Assembly (NCBI GenBank): GCA_977862235.1 | Contig: OZ374558.1 | Span: 434,001-498,000 of the forward strand | Direction: 5' to 3' | Source of the DNA: Dudresnaya verticillata | Taxonomy: Eukaryota | DNA length: 64,000 nucleotides | In this document: positions 35,240 to 47,362 of the stretch, piece after piece | Layout of the letters: every line of letters starts with the position of its first letter | Position numbering within the stretch: the stretch's first letter is position 1 | Position numbers and translations under genes: made by a program | Notes under the pieces: model-generated | What the model saw: only the letters and a program-made list of their open reading frames with translations | Databases searched by the model: none | Told to the model about the DNA's origin: nothing

Positions 35240-36335
35240 ATGTTCTCAGTACGACAAGAGAGTATGGGAGCAACGAGTGCACTACAAGACGACGTACACG
35301 CCGGGAAACGACAAGGTTCGGAAGGAAATGGACACTCTCAGCTCAAGAAGAGCAGAATGAATTGATGCAAGATTTGATACATACATCTTGGGGACTACTG
35401 ATATGACAGGGAAAGCAAGAGTTTATTGTCATAGTGCTGTACTGATTTCAAACATGGACAAGGTTAGAATGCCTATTCTGATATGCTATCTGGACCTGTG
35501 CTGGGAAGGCCGTTACGCAATAGCTCTAGAAATGTGTCCAAGGCGCACCTGTCTGCACAAACCAGAATCATCTCGAACGGGGAATCGTGACACGCGCAAT
35601 GTTATTTCGGAGAAGACCGATGTCCACGTGGAGGTGAGACTGTTACAGACGAGAGATGTGGCCCTTAATCTGGTTGTCAATGTTGAAGACCTTGCAATAG
35701 TACTACAATGCAATATTTGGCCATTTCCAATGTTCCAACCTGCCATGCAGGCGAGGATGCAGACGGCGTTGCGCTCTACGATGATGGAAGCGACTTGCTA
35801 GAAGCAATGAGTACACGAGGTGCTTCGAGACTCATTGAGTCGCGTCGCTCTCGCGTCAGCGATACTTTTGAAGTGCTGCCGGACCTTTTTCAAACACCTG
35901 TCCTTTGTGTGTGTGGCAAGAGGCAGAAGCGGGTAGCCCTCTTCTAGGGCGGAGATGAGGCCTAAGTAACGAGTAACCTCGGTGGCTGCTGCTAGGCCGA
36001 GAGTCCTAGCGGGATAGACTTTCATCCCGTCGACGAGTGCTGATGCGAGAGATGCGGGACTACTGTATTAACGGGGCAAGCGGTCGCCATGACCCCCCCA
36101 TTCCAGTAATGTTGGGACGTGTCTTGAGGTCACTGTGATTGTCTTGGGGTTCGACGACAGAGCGTGTGACACGACAGGTGTCGAGCGGCGTCGAGGAGTC
36201 CGGCACTCTGCCACTCTGCCACCTGCTGCTGGCACGGGATCTAGTCGGTTGGGCGTGTGACTGATATGAGCCTTAGTCGCCCGTGCAATTGCGCATGTTA
36301 GAGACTCAATAAATTCCAACATCACGATGGAGTCA

Positions 36336-38120
36336 TTAGCTCTGTTTCCTTTGATCTTGGGCAGAGCTGCCCTGCATAGAAATCCATGCCTCTAGCTGAG
36401 CCTTGACTGTTCCAGCATCAATCGTGGGGTGAACTCCTTCGAACTGTTCCACGGCCTTGACCGCTTCCTCAAGCTTTCTCGCCATCTTGTCTCCGAAAGC
36501 ACGATACTTGAACACTTTTTTTTCTGGCTTCTCAAGGAAAATGAACTGCAAAGCAGGCATATTTTCCCAAACCAGCTCCAGGAACTTTGGCAGCCGCCTA
36601 ATGAAACGAGGGTTCCACTCACAGGAGAAATACCCCACTTGGTAGTTTGCAATATTTTGTGGTGGCTTCATGTGGATGACGCGAAGGTTGCCACAGGCGG
36701 CGAGAAACTCCATGAATTCCTCTGTACCGGTTGAAGTCCATTCAATGATTTCGCTGGGCACTTCGAGAATGGAAATGCTTCTCGCCTTCGACAGAATTGC
36801 AGTAATCACCGTGAAGGCCCTCTGCGGACTCGTCAGCATGTGCGAAATGTTCAGTCCAAAGCGAATTTCCAAGCGCCGGATATTCTCAGACCCTTGACCA
36901 ATTACGCCCAGGGCTGTGTTCTGGAGCGTCTCGGAGCAGTTCAAAAACGTGGTCATCGTTGCAGACGTATCGATCTGCAAGACGTAAGCATCGCGAACTT
37001 CACTAAGGCATGCCTCCGCTTGTCCGCTCCTGACCTTCGTCATGATTGTCTGCAAAGAAATCGAACGATTCTTGCAAGACTTGACTCCGCTACTGAGCGA
37101 AGGAATTGTAGTGACCCTTCCGTCGGCTGTCTCAAATTCAAACTCAGTAGCATAATCGAAGAAAGACGAATCCTCGGCAAGCTTACATTTCATCCGCTGC
37201 AAAAAGTTGTCCAGATACTCATCGTTCTCATTGGTGAAGATCTTGAAGTGCTCCAACCCGTCAAGATCTTTGCGAGCAAACTCTTCCAAGTATATCAGGA
37301 AATGTTGCACGGCAGCGCTTGACAAAGAGCGACACCATGGTGATATGATTCCTCCTCCCATATCTGCCAAGTCGAGGCCAACAAAGATACGCTTTACGGT
37401 CACACCGCGCCCGCTTCGACGCTTTATCCAGTTCCTCAGACGCAGCATTCCTCCCACCTCCTGGAGTAGACCCGAGGGTACCCTGCGAAGCACGATGTGT
37501 TCCAAAGCATTCATACCTTTACCAATCTCATGAATCAGTTCCCGGCCGGGAGACCGGACCTCAAGCTTGACGAGATTCATTGCTTGAGATAGCTGCTTTG
37601 CGACACTGGCGTTCACCCTGCCGCCGTCGACAAACGCCAGTTCCTTGACGCCGCTGAAAATGCAGGGCACGGAAGACAATATGTCTGTAAGACGATCTGC
37701 GTCAAGATTCACAGGAAGCCTGAAGATTCTCAACGATGTACCGGCAACCTTCTCAATGTGTTGAAACTGCTCGGCGGACGGGAACGGGACGGGATGGGAT
37801 GGGGGGTCTTCGAGTGTGGCGGGCTGAATGGCATCAATGACCTGCCAAGCGGTGCTGTATATGCGCTTGGCGACTTCCAGAAGTTGAGTGCTTGTTGCAG
37901 CTAGGGCGAAAGAATCGACGAAATCTCTGAGGGTTCGGCGGTTGAGAACTTCGCAAGGCGGGTGTAGACGCTCGAAGATGTCCTGAATACTGTCATTGGG
38001 AAGGTCGAGAATGGTGGTCTGCCTGGGTGTTACCTTGTCACTGGAAAGGGCAGGACGGTTGCTGTAGCGGATGCGCTTGGCTTCGGGTGGATCTGTTTCG
38101 GGAAGCGTTCGGGCGGTCAT
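36336..38120 (-). CDS. F-box/LRR-like protein, duplicate
   Basis: Same as 17708-19492 except T>A (VIDTIQ/VIDAIQ). Confidence 0.65.
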   Translation of the reverse strand: MTARTLPETDPPEAKRIRYSNRPALSSDKVTPRQTTILDLPNDSIQDIFERLHPPCEVLNRRTLRDFVDSFALAATSTQLLEVAKRIYSTAWQVIDAIQPATLEDPPSHPVPFPSAEQFQHIEKVAGTSLRIFRLPVNLDADRLTDILSSVPCIFSGVKELAFVDGGRVNASVAKQLSQAMNLVKLEVRSPGRELIHEIGKGMNALEHIVLRRVPSGLLQEVGGMLRLRNWIKRRSGRGVTVKRIFVGLDLADMGGGIISPWCRSLSSAAVQHFLIYLEEFARKDLDGLEHFKIFTNENDEYLDNFLQRMKCKLAEDSSFFDYATEFEFETADGRVTTIPSLSSGVKSCKNRSISLQTIMTKVRSGQAEACLSEVRDAYVLQIDTSATMTTFLNCSETLQNTALGVIGQGSENIRRLEIRFGLNISHMLTSPQRAFTVITAILSKARSISILEVPSEIIEWTSTGTEEFMEFLAACGNLRVIHMKPPQNIANYQVGYFSCEWNPRFIRRLPKFLELVWENMPALQFIFLEKPEKKVFKYRAFGDKMARKLEEAVKAVEQFEGVHPTIDAGTVKAQLEAWISMQGSSAQDQRKQS

Positions 38121-38894
38121 TGCGGGCTTTGGAGAAGAAGAAGAAGGGAGGAAAGGCCTTGTTCGTCGTAGCTGGGAAAAGTGTAGGATGACCTACGTCG
38201 TTAGTTGAACGCCGCTACTCCATTCAACTGCGGTGCTGCTGATCTCATTCTGAGAGACTGCACAGAAACTGTTCCGGAAGACCTGGCAGACCGAGAGCTC
38301 TCTTTGCCACGATCAGAGTTGGCGCGAAGCAAAATGGGTAGTTGCCCGACGACGTCGGGCGGGAATGTCAGGCAGCAGAGTGACCAATCACAGCGCCGAA
38401 ACGCGGTGATTCTTGACGAAAGCCAATCGGCTGCCTCGAAGCAACAGCCCCACGTCATCCTGAGGTGTGCGCGATTTTAATAAAAAACACAATTTTCACT
38501 TGAACGAGTTTTTGCATGACAGGCAGTGGCTGTGAGTGGCGTCGAGTACGGTGCCCCTCCTAGCAGCTTTGAGGATGCCTCTCCCTCAGAAACAGATCCA
38601 AGCGCCCCCATCTTCGCACTAAGCTTTTGGAGATGAGCAGTGAGAAAGATGCACTTCTCCATTTACTCTTGACGCCAGTGTGGACTAATTTGAAGAATAA
38701 GGCACGGGACAGCGCGAATTTCCATCTCGTTCTGACAATAGTCAAGCTGCTCTGTCTTGAAACTATTATTAATATCGAGGAAGGATGGCCTCAATGTCAA
38801 TACTGCACCTTTGCCAATCCGTCAATGCTTTACTTCTGTACTCTGTGGATGTTCCTAGCATAGTTACAAAAATGAACATACATGGAATTAACAA

Positions 38895-39523
38895 TGCACT
38901 CGAACAGCGCAGGTCTCCTCTCCTGCGCTAGAAGATCGTGCAACAGAGCTCCTGCGCTGCGCTACAACGTCTCGCCGGCTTAGCAGCGCTTCCTGCCTCC
39001 TGGCATGCCCAAAGAACGCTTTCTACCTTCCAGGCCACGCCGCGTATTGCTTGCTGGGATGCATCCCAACAATCCCGAACGCGGCGAGAAATCCGCGACT
39101 TGCTGCTACAGGAATGGCGTGCGGCGATATCTGGTCGACGTCCTGCCCCGGTGTACAAATCGCATCGATTACCACCAGCCCTGGAGCTACCAAACCACAG
39201 CGACAGGAAACTAGCAATCCGTTGGCACCTGCGGACGTTCCCTATCCCGCTGCCCTGCCCAATTGCCCGCGAGGAAGTTCGACCCTTCGCCCAATCTCTC
39301 CAAGCCCTGTCGCTCCCAGAATCACTCGTTGCTGATCTCTGCGCAACCTCCGACACAATCTCATCTATCCGGGATGCCTGCAGCCACGAGTTTCCCCTGT
39401 CTACTGGGAAGTATCCCACTCACAACCCAGTCGGTCCCCACGTAACTGATCCATTTCCGAAGGATAGCCCCACCCCCTTTACCGATGATAGGATACTTTT
39501 AATGGACGTGATTAAGAATAACC
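38895..39523 (+). mobile_element. probable LINE 3' fragment, duplicate
   Basis: Copy of 20267-20895. Confidence 0.35.
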
Positions 39524-39775
39524 TTAACAACTGTTGTCTTACCTTACCGGTGTGCTTGCCCATGGGCCATCGCCGCCCGCACAAGACCACCCTAAACAAC
39601 CATTAAAACCAAACATCACAGGTGGCTTCACGTTCGCACGGGATCACTCTTTGAAGAGAAGGAACGTTCGGTGGGTACAAGCATAAATTGGGTTCCGGTT
39701 CAATCTGAAGCAGAAAGACGGATTCTAGATACGCATCAGGTGCTTGGCGTTGTTGATGGCCATTGACGCCCGAAC

Positions 39776-39840
39776 CTAGAGCGCATGGCTGCACGAGGTT
39801 GGAATATTGGAGCAATGGCACTTTAGCTTATCACCGGTCT
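39776..39840 (-). pseudogene. 3'-terminal remnant of the Cys-rich secreted protein gene
   Basis: Matches 21148-21212 only; the rest of the gene is missing. Confidence 0.8.
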
Positions 39841-39857
39841 AGATGGAGCTCTATCGA

Positions 39858-42055
39858 GGGGGTAAACGTCACTTTACGAAAGCATAAAGCTAGAGCATCC
39901 CTACTGGATACTCTTAAGCACTACATAGGAGGCAAATCTGCAGGAGTCAAGCGGCGACGATTGACGCTGACGGCGACAAACTGCGTAACAAAGGAGACAA
40001 GACGATTCAAGAGAGCATGTTTCTCAGCAAGCGGGCAAGTGCCTTTCTTTTCGGCAAGAAAGTTGGCGAAGACTTGAGCGCCGATATCGAAGCCAGCACC
40101 GGTGCGTCCATATATATCAATGAACATCGGGTGCAGCTCGATGTCATATTGATCACAAACAGCACGGTAATGGTTACGTTTCGCTCTCTCGCCGGCAAGG
40201 ATGGCCTGACCAGCAACGCGACCGGTTCTGCCCGGCAATGAATGGGGACTCACGACAGAGACATCGAACGCTTGTGCTTTAGGGGCAAAGCTGCGATCGT
40301 CCACGTAGATGTCCAGGCGAAGAGGGTCGCGGGTGGGGTCAGATGGATCGATAAAGGGCTCTTCCAGGCGAAGTTGGACACCATGATGAAGCGCAAATGT
40401 ACGAATATGAGCAGCTAGTTTGTCCCGAAGGCCGTTGCGGCGACGGATAGACCCTTCGCGAGCGCCACCGACTGTGGCATGGTGCCCATAGCGGTCAAGC
40501 AGAGGGATAGAGGAGCGGGTGCCAGCTGCGCAGCGAGAACATGGGAGGTCGCCACTGAACAACGGGAGACCAAGACGAAGGCGGACCATGCTCTTCCAGA
40601 TCTCAGGCTCCACGCGAAGATCACTCCCGTGAAAAGGGATAGTGCTGAATGGGCGAGCAGAGTTTGAGGTACCAGTAGATTGAAGTCGTAGACGAGTGCG
40701 GATGTCGGCAGCATCGTGAGAGGCAGGCGTCAGGGTCGAGAGCTTATGGAGCAGGAGCCGGTTGGTTAAGTCGTGTTGTAGAGCGTACGTGGGCTGGAAG
40801 GCAGTGGATAAACCCCGAGCCAGTAGCGAGTCCATGGAATAGGGTGCGGCAGATGGCGAGAGGAATAAAATGCTCTGCACTCGTCGTAAAGGAGCAGAGA
40901 GGATAGTACGAGCGCTAAAACCGGAAACGCCGAGTAGAGCAGTGATCGTCGGCAAGCAGGCAAGAACGGAACTGAGAAAGGCAATATCCGGCAACCATGA
41001 AGTATGCGTGAGACCCAAACCACCTTGGCGTAGCGGGAGACGGGCCAATTCCCAAGCACTGGTGGTCAGAGCCCCATGCGTTTCCTCGAAAACCCCTCGC
41101 ATGTTGTTGTCGTGGTGACACGCAGCAACGCGGGTAAATTGCGGTGGGGTTGTTCGAAGGAGATACACGAGCTTACTAGCACCAGCGCAGTAACGAAGGA
41201 GGTGAAACACCAACTGTGGGTCTCCAAGTGCGGAGAGACGAGAAAATATATGCTGCACAGCGCTTTGGCGCTGCTGGGTAAACTGGAAGCACCCGTGGCC
41301 GGTACCGACAGGGGAACCAAGAATATCAATGCATGGAGAACGGTTCAGACGACATGGAAGCGCGGTGACAACCGAGCGGCGTGTGGAGAGCGGTCGGATC
41401 CACCACGCCTCGGTCTTATTCATTTGTATCCGGAAACCAATACGGGCTCCACGATCTTGTAAGAATGAAAGGATATCAGAAGCAACGGAAAGTGGAGCAA
41501 CAATGTTGAGGTCATCAGCGGAGCAGGCAACCAAGGGAAGGTCGGGGAAGGCAGCAATAATCTGGTCAAGGAGAGGTTGAAAGGCAAGGGCAAAGAGTAG
41601 CATACTGAGCGGATCCCCTTGTTGGGTTCCGGTGCGACTCCAGATAGTGTGGGGCCCGAACCGTAAAAGGGGGTCGCTGGAGAAAAGATAGTGCACAAAC
41701 TTGGCGAGGCGCGGAGCATACTGAATAACCTGACGAAGCAAGTGAGCACGGTCGATGGTGTTGAAGGCATTTGCTGCATCGATACGCAAAAGAACGAAGT
41801 CTTCAGATGCTTTGTTGTCCACCACCGCGCGGGTAGCGTGAACCAAGGCCTCACATCCGTTGGGGACACCAACAGCAAGCTGGTGAGGACGGAGGTAATT
41901 TAAGATGCTGGCGTCTTGAGAAGCGCGTTGGTTAAGAAGGCGACAGACGAAACGGCGGAGCACACAGCCAATGGCGATGGGGCGGAGCTTAGGGGCAGGC
42001 TTCTTGGGAAGGCCGATAAGCAGCGCACTGGAGAACCAAGGGCTCATTTTGCGGG
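39858..42055 (-). mobile_element. CRE-like non-LTR retrotransposon family B, 5'-truncated
   Basis: 10-bp TSD GCTCTATCGA at 39848-39857 and 42056-42065, enclosing an RT-RLE ORF. Confidence 0.92.
39921..42055 (-). CDS. reverse transcriptase plus restriction-like endonuclease (N-terminally truncated)
   Basis: LRPIAIG, QLAVG, IDAANAFN, GTQQGDPLS, SADD, LPLRQGGLG, CSRC...H, RLD...FDVSV, KRNHY. The first ~15 aa of the ORF track derive from flanking DNA. Confidence 0.9.
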
Positions 42056-42424
42056 GCTCTATCGACAAGTAAAGTCCTCCATTTATTTTCATGAATGCCA
42101 CTCATTTGAGTTCCACTCTATCTTGATGAATACTTACAGGCCTATTGGTCCGGCAAAACATGGCAGCCTCCTCATGTCGCCTTCTTGGCTTTTGGAAAGA
42201 GAGCGTCTCCTATAGCTGAGAACTTGATCCTTTTCATTTCTCTTCATTCACTTTTTCCAAACTTACCACTATTAGCCTTCCAGCGCATATGCTACTGGAG
42301 CCTAACCTCCATTCTAGTTTTACAGTAGAACTGTTTTACAGTAGAACTAATTCCTAGTATCCCAAAAGGGATAGTTTGCCTCTTTGAATAAAGTTTTCCC
42401 CCGGTCTTCTATACTTCCCTGCTT

Positions 42425-43387
42425 TCAAACTTTGAAAGAAAACAAACCCTTCAAAACCTTCTTATTCCTTGCCTTCAAGTTGTACGACACACCTGCTCGG
42501 AAAAATATATTCTTCCCATCCACAATTACAGCCAGATTCCACTTGGACGGAGCCTCACCGCAACTTCTGAACTGCTCCACAGCGACCATATATTTACCGC
42601 TGAGCGGAGATCCACTCCGAAGCCATCGAATTTGCTCCCTACCTTCTGGGTCTTTCCCGCAAACGCCAACATTCTGATCTCTAATATGGCGTGCTCCCGA
42701 ACTCGAAGATGGCCTCTGAGAGTCGACTATGTTTCGGTTCGGCTCGCGCACGGATAAGTCAAAGTCATCAGAGCTGTTCCAAGTCAGCTCAATGAGTATT
42801 TTGGGAGCGATAGACCGCAGCGATATGCAGTCTTGTTTCTCCCTGCTGTTCGTGACGGTGCGAATCAAGCTCCCGTCATCCTCCAGTAACTCGTATGCCT
42901 TAATCGGTATTCTGACGCATAGCTCATCCACAAAACCCTCCTGGTTCCCGACACTCGCCTTCCTGGAAACTCCCTTCTCCCCTGGAATGGGTGGGAATCG
43001 ATCGATATCGCGAAGCGTAAAGTAGTTCTTCGGGAAGCCTGGTGACAACCCCCGAGGCTTGTACTTCGAAATTTTCTCGAACGGCCGGGGTTTTGCACCT
43101 CTGTCCGCGGCGGGATGCACATACGCTTGTCGCACCTTGAGAACGTTAACGCTCTTGTTAAACACGTTATCGGGAGCTGTCCGGACCTTCCTGCACACAA
43201 ATGGTTGCGAAGCCACATTGGCGTCGCGCAGGAAAATTCGGGGACCCACCTGCGCAAACACGGTCCGGTCGGCATTGGCATTGCAAAACCGGAACGCACA
43301 GAAGTCGCCGCAACGAGGCAGCCGTGCTCTCGACAATTGGATTGAAGTTACGAGAAGGGTTATCCAGACTGCCTTGAAGGCTTTCAT
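42425..43387 (-). CDS. secreted protein, Cys-containing N domain plus C-terminal DUF2135/YfaP-like domain (paralog 1)
   Basis: Signal peptide from ATG 43387; CGDFCAFRFC, GNQEGF...LCVRIPI; ELTWNSSDDFDL.V.EP...GREQI.W...G.Y.V.V. Confidence 0.8.
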   Translation of the reverse strand: MKAFKAVWITLLVTSIQLSRARLPRCGDFCAFRFCNANADRTVFAQVGPRIFLRDANVASQPFVCRKVRTAPDNVFNKSVNVLKVRQAYVHPAADRGAKPRPFEKISKYKPRGLSPGFPKNYFTLRDIDRFPPIPGEKGVSRKASVGNQEGFVDELCVRIPIKAYELLEDDGSLIRTVTNSREKQDCISLRSIAPKILIELTWNSSDDFDLSVREPNRNIVDSQRPSSSSGARHIRDQNVGVCGKDPEGREQIRWLRSGSPLSGKYMVAVEQFRSCGEAPSKWNLAVIVDGKNIFFRAGVSYNLKARNKKVLKGLFSFKV

Positions 43388-44917
43388 CGCTGGATAATGT
43401 CCTCTTGTTGAAGCGGCTTCAATAAAGCCTGTAACAATGCCTTCCTGAGTATTCACAAACGCTTTGGAGGAATAGTCCGATGCAAGAGCTCTGGTCTCTT
43501 ACTCTCGAAGGGGAAACGAAGCACAGCTTTTAATAGGCTCTGTATGCCGCATCTTCAGACGCCTTCGTAGCACTTTTGAGACCTTCAAGTGGTGTTTCAC
43601 TTACTACTCAAACTTAGATAATGCCTCGGCGCGAGTCTTAGTCAATTCTGTGACAGTCTACTATGTCCCCAGGTAGTTTACAGTGGCACTATTGCGCTAT
43701 TACCTGACTGGATTATGAATATTAGGATATGTTTTGTCTCTATTGGATGAAGTTAAGCTCCAACGATTGTATCTCGCCTGCCACATGGTCGATAATCAAC
43801 CATGCAAGTCCTATCATAGCTTCTAACTGGCTAGTGTGCTGTACTCAAAGTTATTGTGCTGAATTGAGATGATGTCCATGAATTCACTTTGTCGACAGGC
43901 AGCTTTTTCAATAAGACGCGTAAAATGTTGTGTAGGTTCAAAAAGTTTCCACGGTATTGTTGAACACTTTCCTGACCTCTCCATAGGCAGTCTTCATTAT
44001 TTCACGAAATTTGCTAGGTGGAAGCATTGGTTGTGTGAAGAAAAGCACGAAGTAGGAGCCAATGAATAAGTGGTCGTAATTATCGTGATATCGTGATACA
44101 TCGTAATTGATAGACATCTTCTTCGCCAGCCGCGTGAAGGTGCGTACTGCTTCAGACCTGGTAATAAGAGCCATTTATCGTTATTGAAGCTCAGCCTCGT
44201 CCGTCCATTATACCTTGGGCAGCAGTGACGGTGAGGGCATGGCAATTTCATTTGGCAAATACTACAGTGCTTAGGCATCCTAACATGCCTTTACCAACTT
44301 TACCAAATAGGACCTGAATTGGTACTGCAACAAGAATTGTTGACAGACAAGGAGACGGAGATAGTGAAATAGCTCCCTTTTCTTGCGTTCCAAAGAAACC
44401 CTGGCTGTTCCTCGCTGCCACCCACGATAAGATTGGTCAATGGCCGACCGAAGAGCATTAAATAGCTTTCCGGATTCTCTATTGGTTACACCCATCCCTG
44501 GGAAGTTTATGTTGAACCCTGTCTGCCTCCCCGCTCATCACGATGCCAAAAGTTTGTTGTGTATGGATCGTTCCACTAGTCTTTAGGGGTTGTAAGTGAA
44601 CGTTTGATCGAGAAAGTTGTTATTTCCGCCTTTCCCAGACTTCGCGCTCTTAAAGAAGCAACCTTTCCGTTAACAATTGCTTTGACGGTCCACATAGATG
44701 CTCCAATAGCACAAGTTTTCATTTGTCTAGCAACGACCGTTTAGTCTCCTACATCGGGATTATCCGTTCGCAACCAACGCGTTTATTCTCATCGGTGTTG
44801 GATCTGCTACAGATCGGGTTCTCGTCCCCTGGATACTTTCCGCCCGTGCCTTTTGAATATCTTGAATTCCGGAAGCACAGCTTCTCACCGTTGGACTCGA
44901 CGACTTCCAGGTGAAAA

Positions 44918-45200
44918 AGGAAATGTAGCTTTTATTGTAAATCCGCACTTACTTCAGAGATGAGTAATGCTAGGGTTCACAGGAGTTAAAGTGAATGAGG
45001 GCTGCAAGACCAAGAAAGGACGGGTACTTCTTTCTGGAGAAACCTGCTGGCAACGGTGTGCGTGGGTGGGAGAAAGGACGGACTTGGCAGAGTAACGCAA
45101 TGCTCTGCAACCACGCAGCCCTTAAATGCTGCAGAGCAAGTACTGTCTACACATAGTACATGTCTACCTTTTCAATACCGTACAGGCTTATACAGCACAC
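44918..45200 (-). mobile_element. ~280-bp insertion in the pseudogene, probably a retroposed 3' fragment
   Basis: Interrupts the D.F|.L motif, is flanked by GAAAA repeats, and has AATAAA near its minus-strand 3' end. Confidence 0.45.
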
Positions 45201-45681
45201 GAAAATTATCGGAGCTGTTTCAGGTCAACTCCACAAGAATATAGGGGTAGGGAATACTGTCGAGATTCATGCAATTCGTTGTAAAATATTTGAGCAGCTC
45301 ACCAGACTTCTTGGAATAAACTCGATACGAGGTGATGCGAATCATGACGCAGAGACGATCAAGACACTTTTCTTGATTTAATTCCGTCTGTTTGTGAGCG
45401 ATTCCGCCTTCTTCTGGACTTGACGGGTAGCGAATGTGCTTCAAAGAGAAGTAATTGGCTCGAAACCTCGGATTGAGGCCCTGGGGACGGTATTGCGATA
45501 TCTTCACAAATGGAGGTGGGTTCTTAAATCGATCTTCGAACGGATGAACTTCAGCTTTTTGCACTTGATTGACCCTTACGATCTGAGTTCTTCCGCTCAA
45601 TAATAAAATACTATATTTCTCTCTGGTCCAATATTGCAAAAGTCATTGCACTTCGGAAAATATTGCGATATTTATTGCTAT

Positions 45682-45843
45682 GAACTCCTCAAGCTCCCCA
45701 CTCGCCTGGTGGCATTGGTCCTTCAGTGCGTTGCGACTAGCAGTAATTTCCGAAAGCTATCTCTCCTCCTATTTGTAGTAGTTCTGCTTCCCAAGCCCCC
45801 CTTAAGGTGCTTCTCTCTTGTTATTCAATAAAAAGTATCTCAC
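45682..45843 (+). mobile_element. diverged 3' fragment of CRE-like family C
   Basis: Encodes TRLVALVLQCVA (cf. TRLLSLVLQCVA at ~57710), shares the AAGCCCCCTTAAGG 3' UTR, and has TSD TTTATTGCTAT at 45671-45681 and 45844-45854. Confidence 0.85.
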
Positions 45844-47312
45844 TTTATTGCTATTTTATCAGATCAAATCGGTAAATGCTGCATCCATTATATTCGGTGC
45901 AACGAGTCGATATTATCTAAACTAGTAATGAACTTGATTTAGTAGCGGCATCTGGTTCAACATTATCATGAGAGGTTTTTCTATCCAGTCTTCTCTCGAT
46001 AACATATGAATTAAACCCTAGGCGCAGTCGCTACTGTTTGGATGCACTTGGATAGAATGTATGAACAATACCACGTTGCAATATCTATGCACTACTTATA
46101 CAATTTCTCTCACGGTTCACGCTATATTGCGCAGTTGTAGAAGGATCTACATAACCACTTTACCCTGAACACTATTTCCATAATGACTTCATATTGTACT
46201 TAATGAAACGGATATGGCCGTACCAGGAGCACTGTTCCGCAATTACTAGCAGCGTTTCGTATCTCTCAATTTCTAATTCCATAAAGTAAATACGTCATCA
46301 GGCTCCCAACATGAAGAAAGTGTGGACTACATTTGGAAGCCCAGCGGCTGAAGGTTTTGGATATACTCCCCGCTTAAGGCATACAGCAGCAGACACATAT
46401 TAAAATATCTATCTATTCCATTTATCTTATCTTATTGGGCACGTTTTTTTGCAATCCTCTATATCAGAATACATCAATAGCAATACTGTATTTGTATTTA
46501 TGTACGCACTATTAATTGTACAATGTTAGTCCATTGGCAATACTGAACATACCTATTCTTCTTTTTAGCTACACTTTCGGTGGGGCCACTTAGACGACAA
46601 CAAGAAAAATTGTCGTCATCTCATTAGTTCCAGCGATTGCGCTCAGGCCTCAAGCTCAGACATCAAACTCAGACATTAAGCTGGAACTCGCGTACACACC
46701 CGCCAACGAAAACAATGGTGACTGTCCTGCCGGCTACTCTTGTAATGAGCAGGGGAAACATTATGGCAGGGTGACTAGGCGCCTGGAAATGCGCAGGTAC
46801 AACCTGTGCCCACAAGAGGTAAACGCGACTGGGCACTTCTTCGAATTGGGCTTCAAGATGAGTTGGATGCCCGATAGAATGGGAATGCCCAGATAGCCCA
46901 GATAATGGCTGACTCTATGGACTCAGAGCTAGTAGAACCACGTCGATATATCAACGCATGCACATGCGGGTACGGAACGTCACAAGTCGTGGGTACTACT
47001 CACAACTACCCACTAGGTGGTTAGATCTAATATAGAGGTAGCCGAGTGCTGGACGGCCGGTGTGGGGCGGGGGGACATGGCTGGCTAATGTGTGATGTGT
47101 GATGGGATGAGGGATGCAGAAAGGTGACGATAATGGACGTGACGACGACTTGCGCCAGCACATTGCGGCAAGTTACAGCTGGTGTATCGGGAGGGGCACG
47201 ACGGAGGAGGGCGTTGCGGGAACATTAGATTATGCGTGCTGGTATATGAGCTTCAATCTAATGTAGCCCATTAACATCCTTTCTCCAATAGTTGCGTAAA
47301 GCGCTCTTTCAC

Positions 47313-47362
47313 GTCCAAAGTCTCAGAAAACCCCACGTGTGGGGTTTTCTGAGACTTTGGAC
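47313..47362. repeat. 50-bp palindrome (24-bp perfect arms, 2-nt loop)
   Basis: GTCCAAAGTCTCAGAAAACCCCAC GT GTGGGGTTTTCTGAGACTTTGGAC. Confidence 0.95.

Larger units (their letters stand above)
23025..39840 (+). repeat. segmental duplication copy 2 (contains 3.3 kb, 23672-26993, absent from copy 1)
   Basis: Direct comparison with 7718-21212. Confidence 0.95.
44583..45888 (-). pseudogene. pseudogene of the same family, closest to 47882-48841
   Basis: AEVHPFEDRFKNPPPFVKISQYRP; ELT*NSS nonsense codon; 3' part resumes at ~44912 (LEVVESNGEKL...DENPICS); two insertions. Confidence 0.85.

Noticed and set aside
42056..42101. ATG start making the 726-aa CRE ORF look full length
   Set aside because: It lies outside the TSD-defined element; chance in-frame flank.
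42317..42348. 16-bp tandem duplication GTTTTACAGTAGAACT x2, possibly a zero-length TPRT scar
   Set aside because: Indistinguishable from replication slippage.
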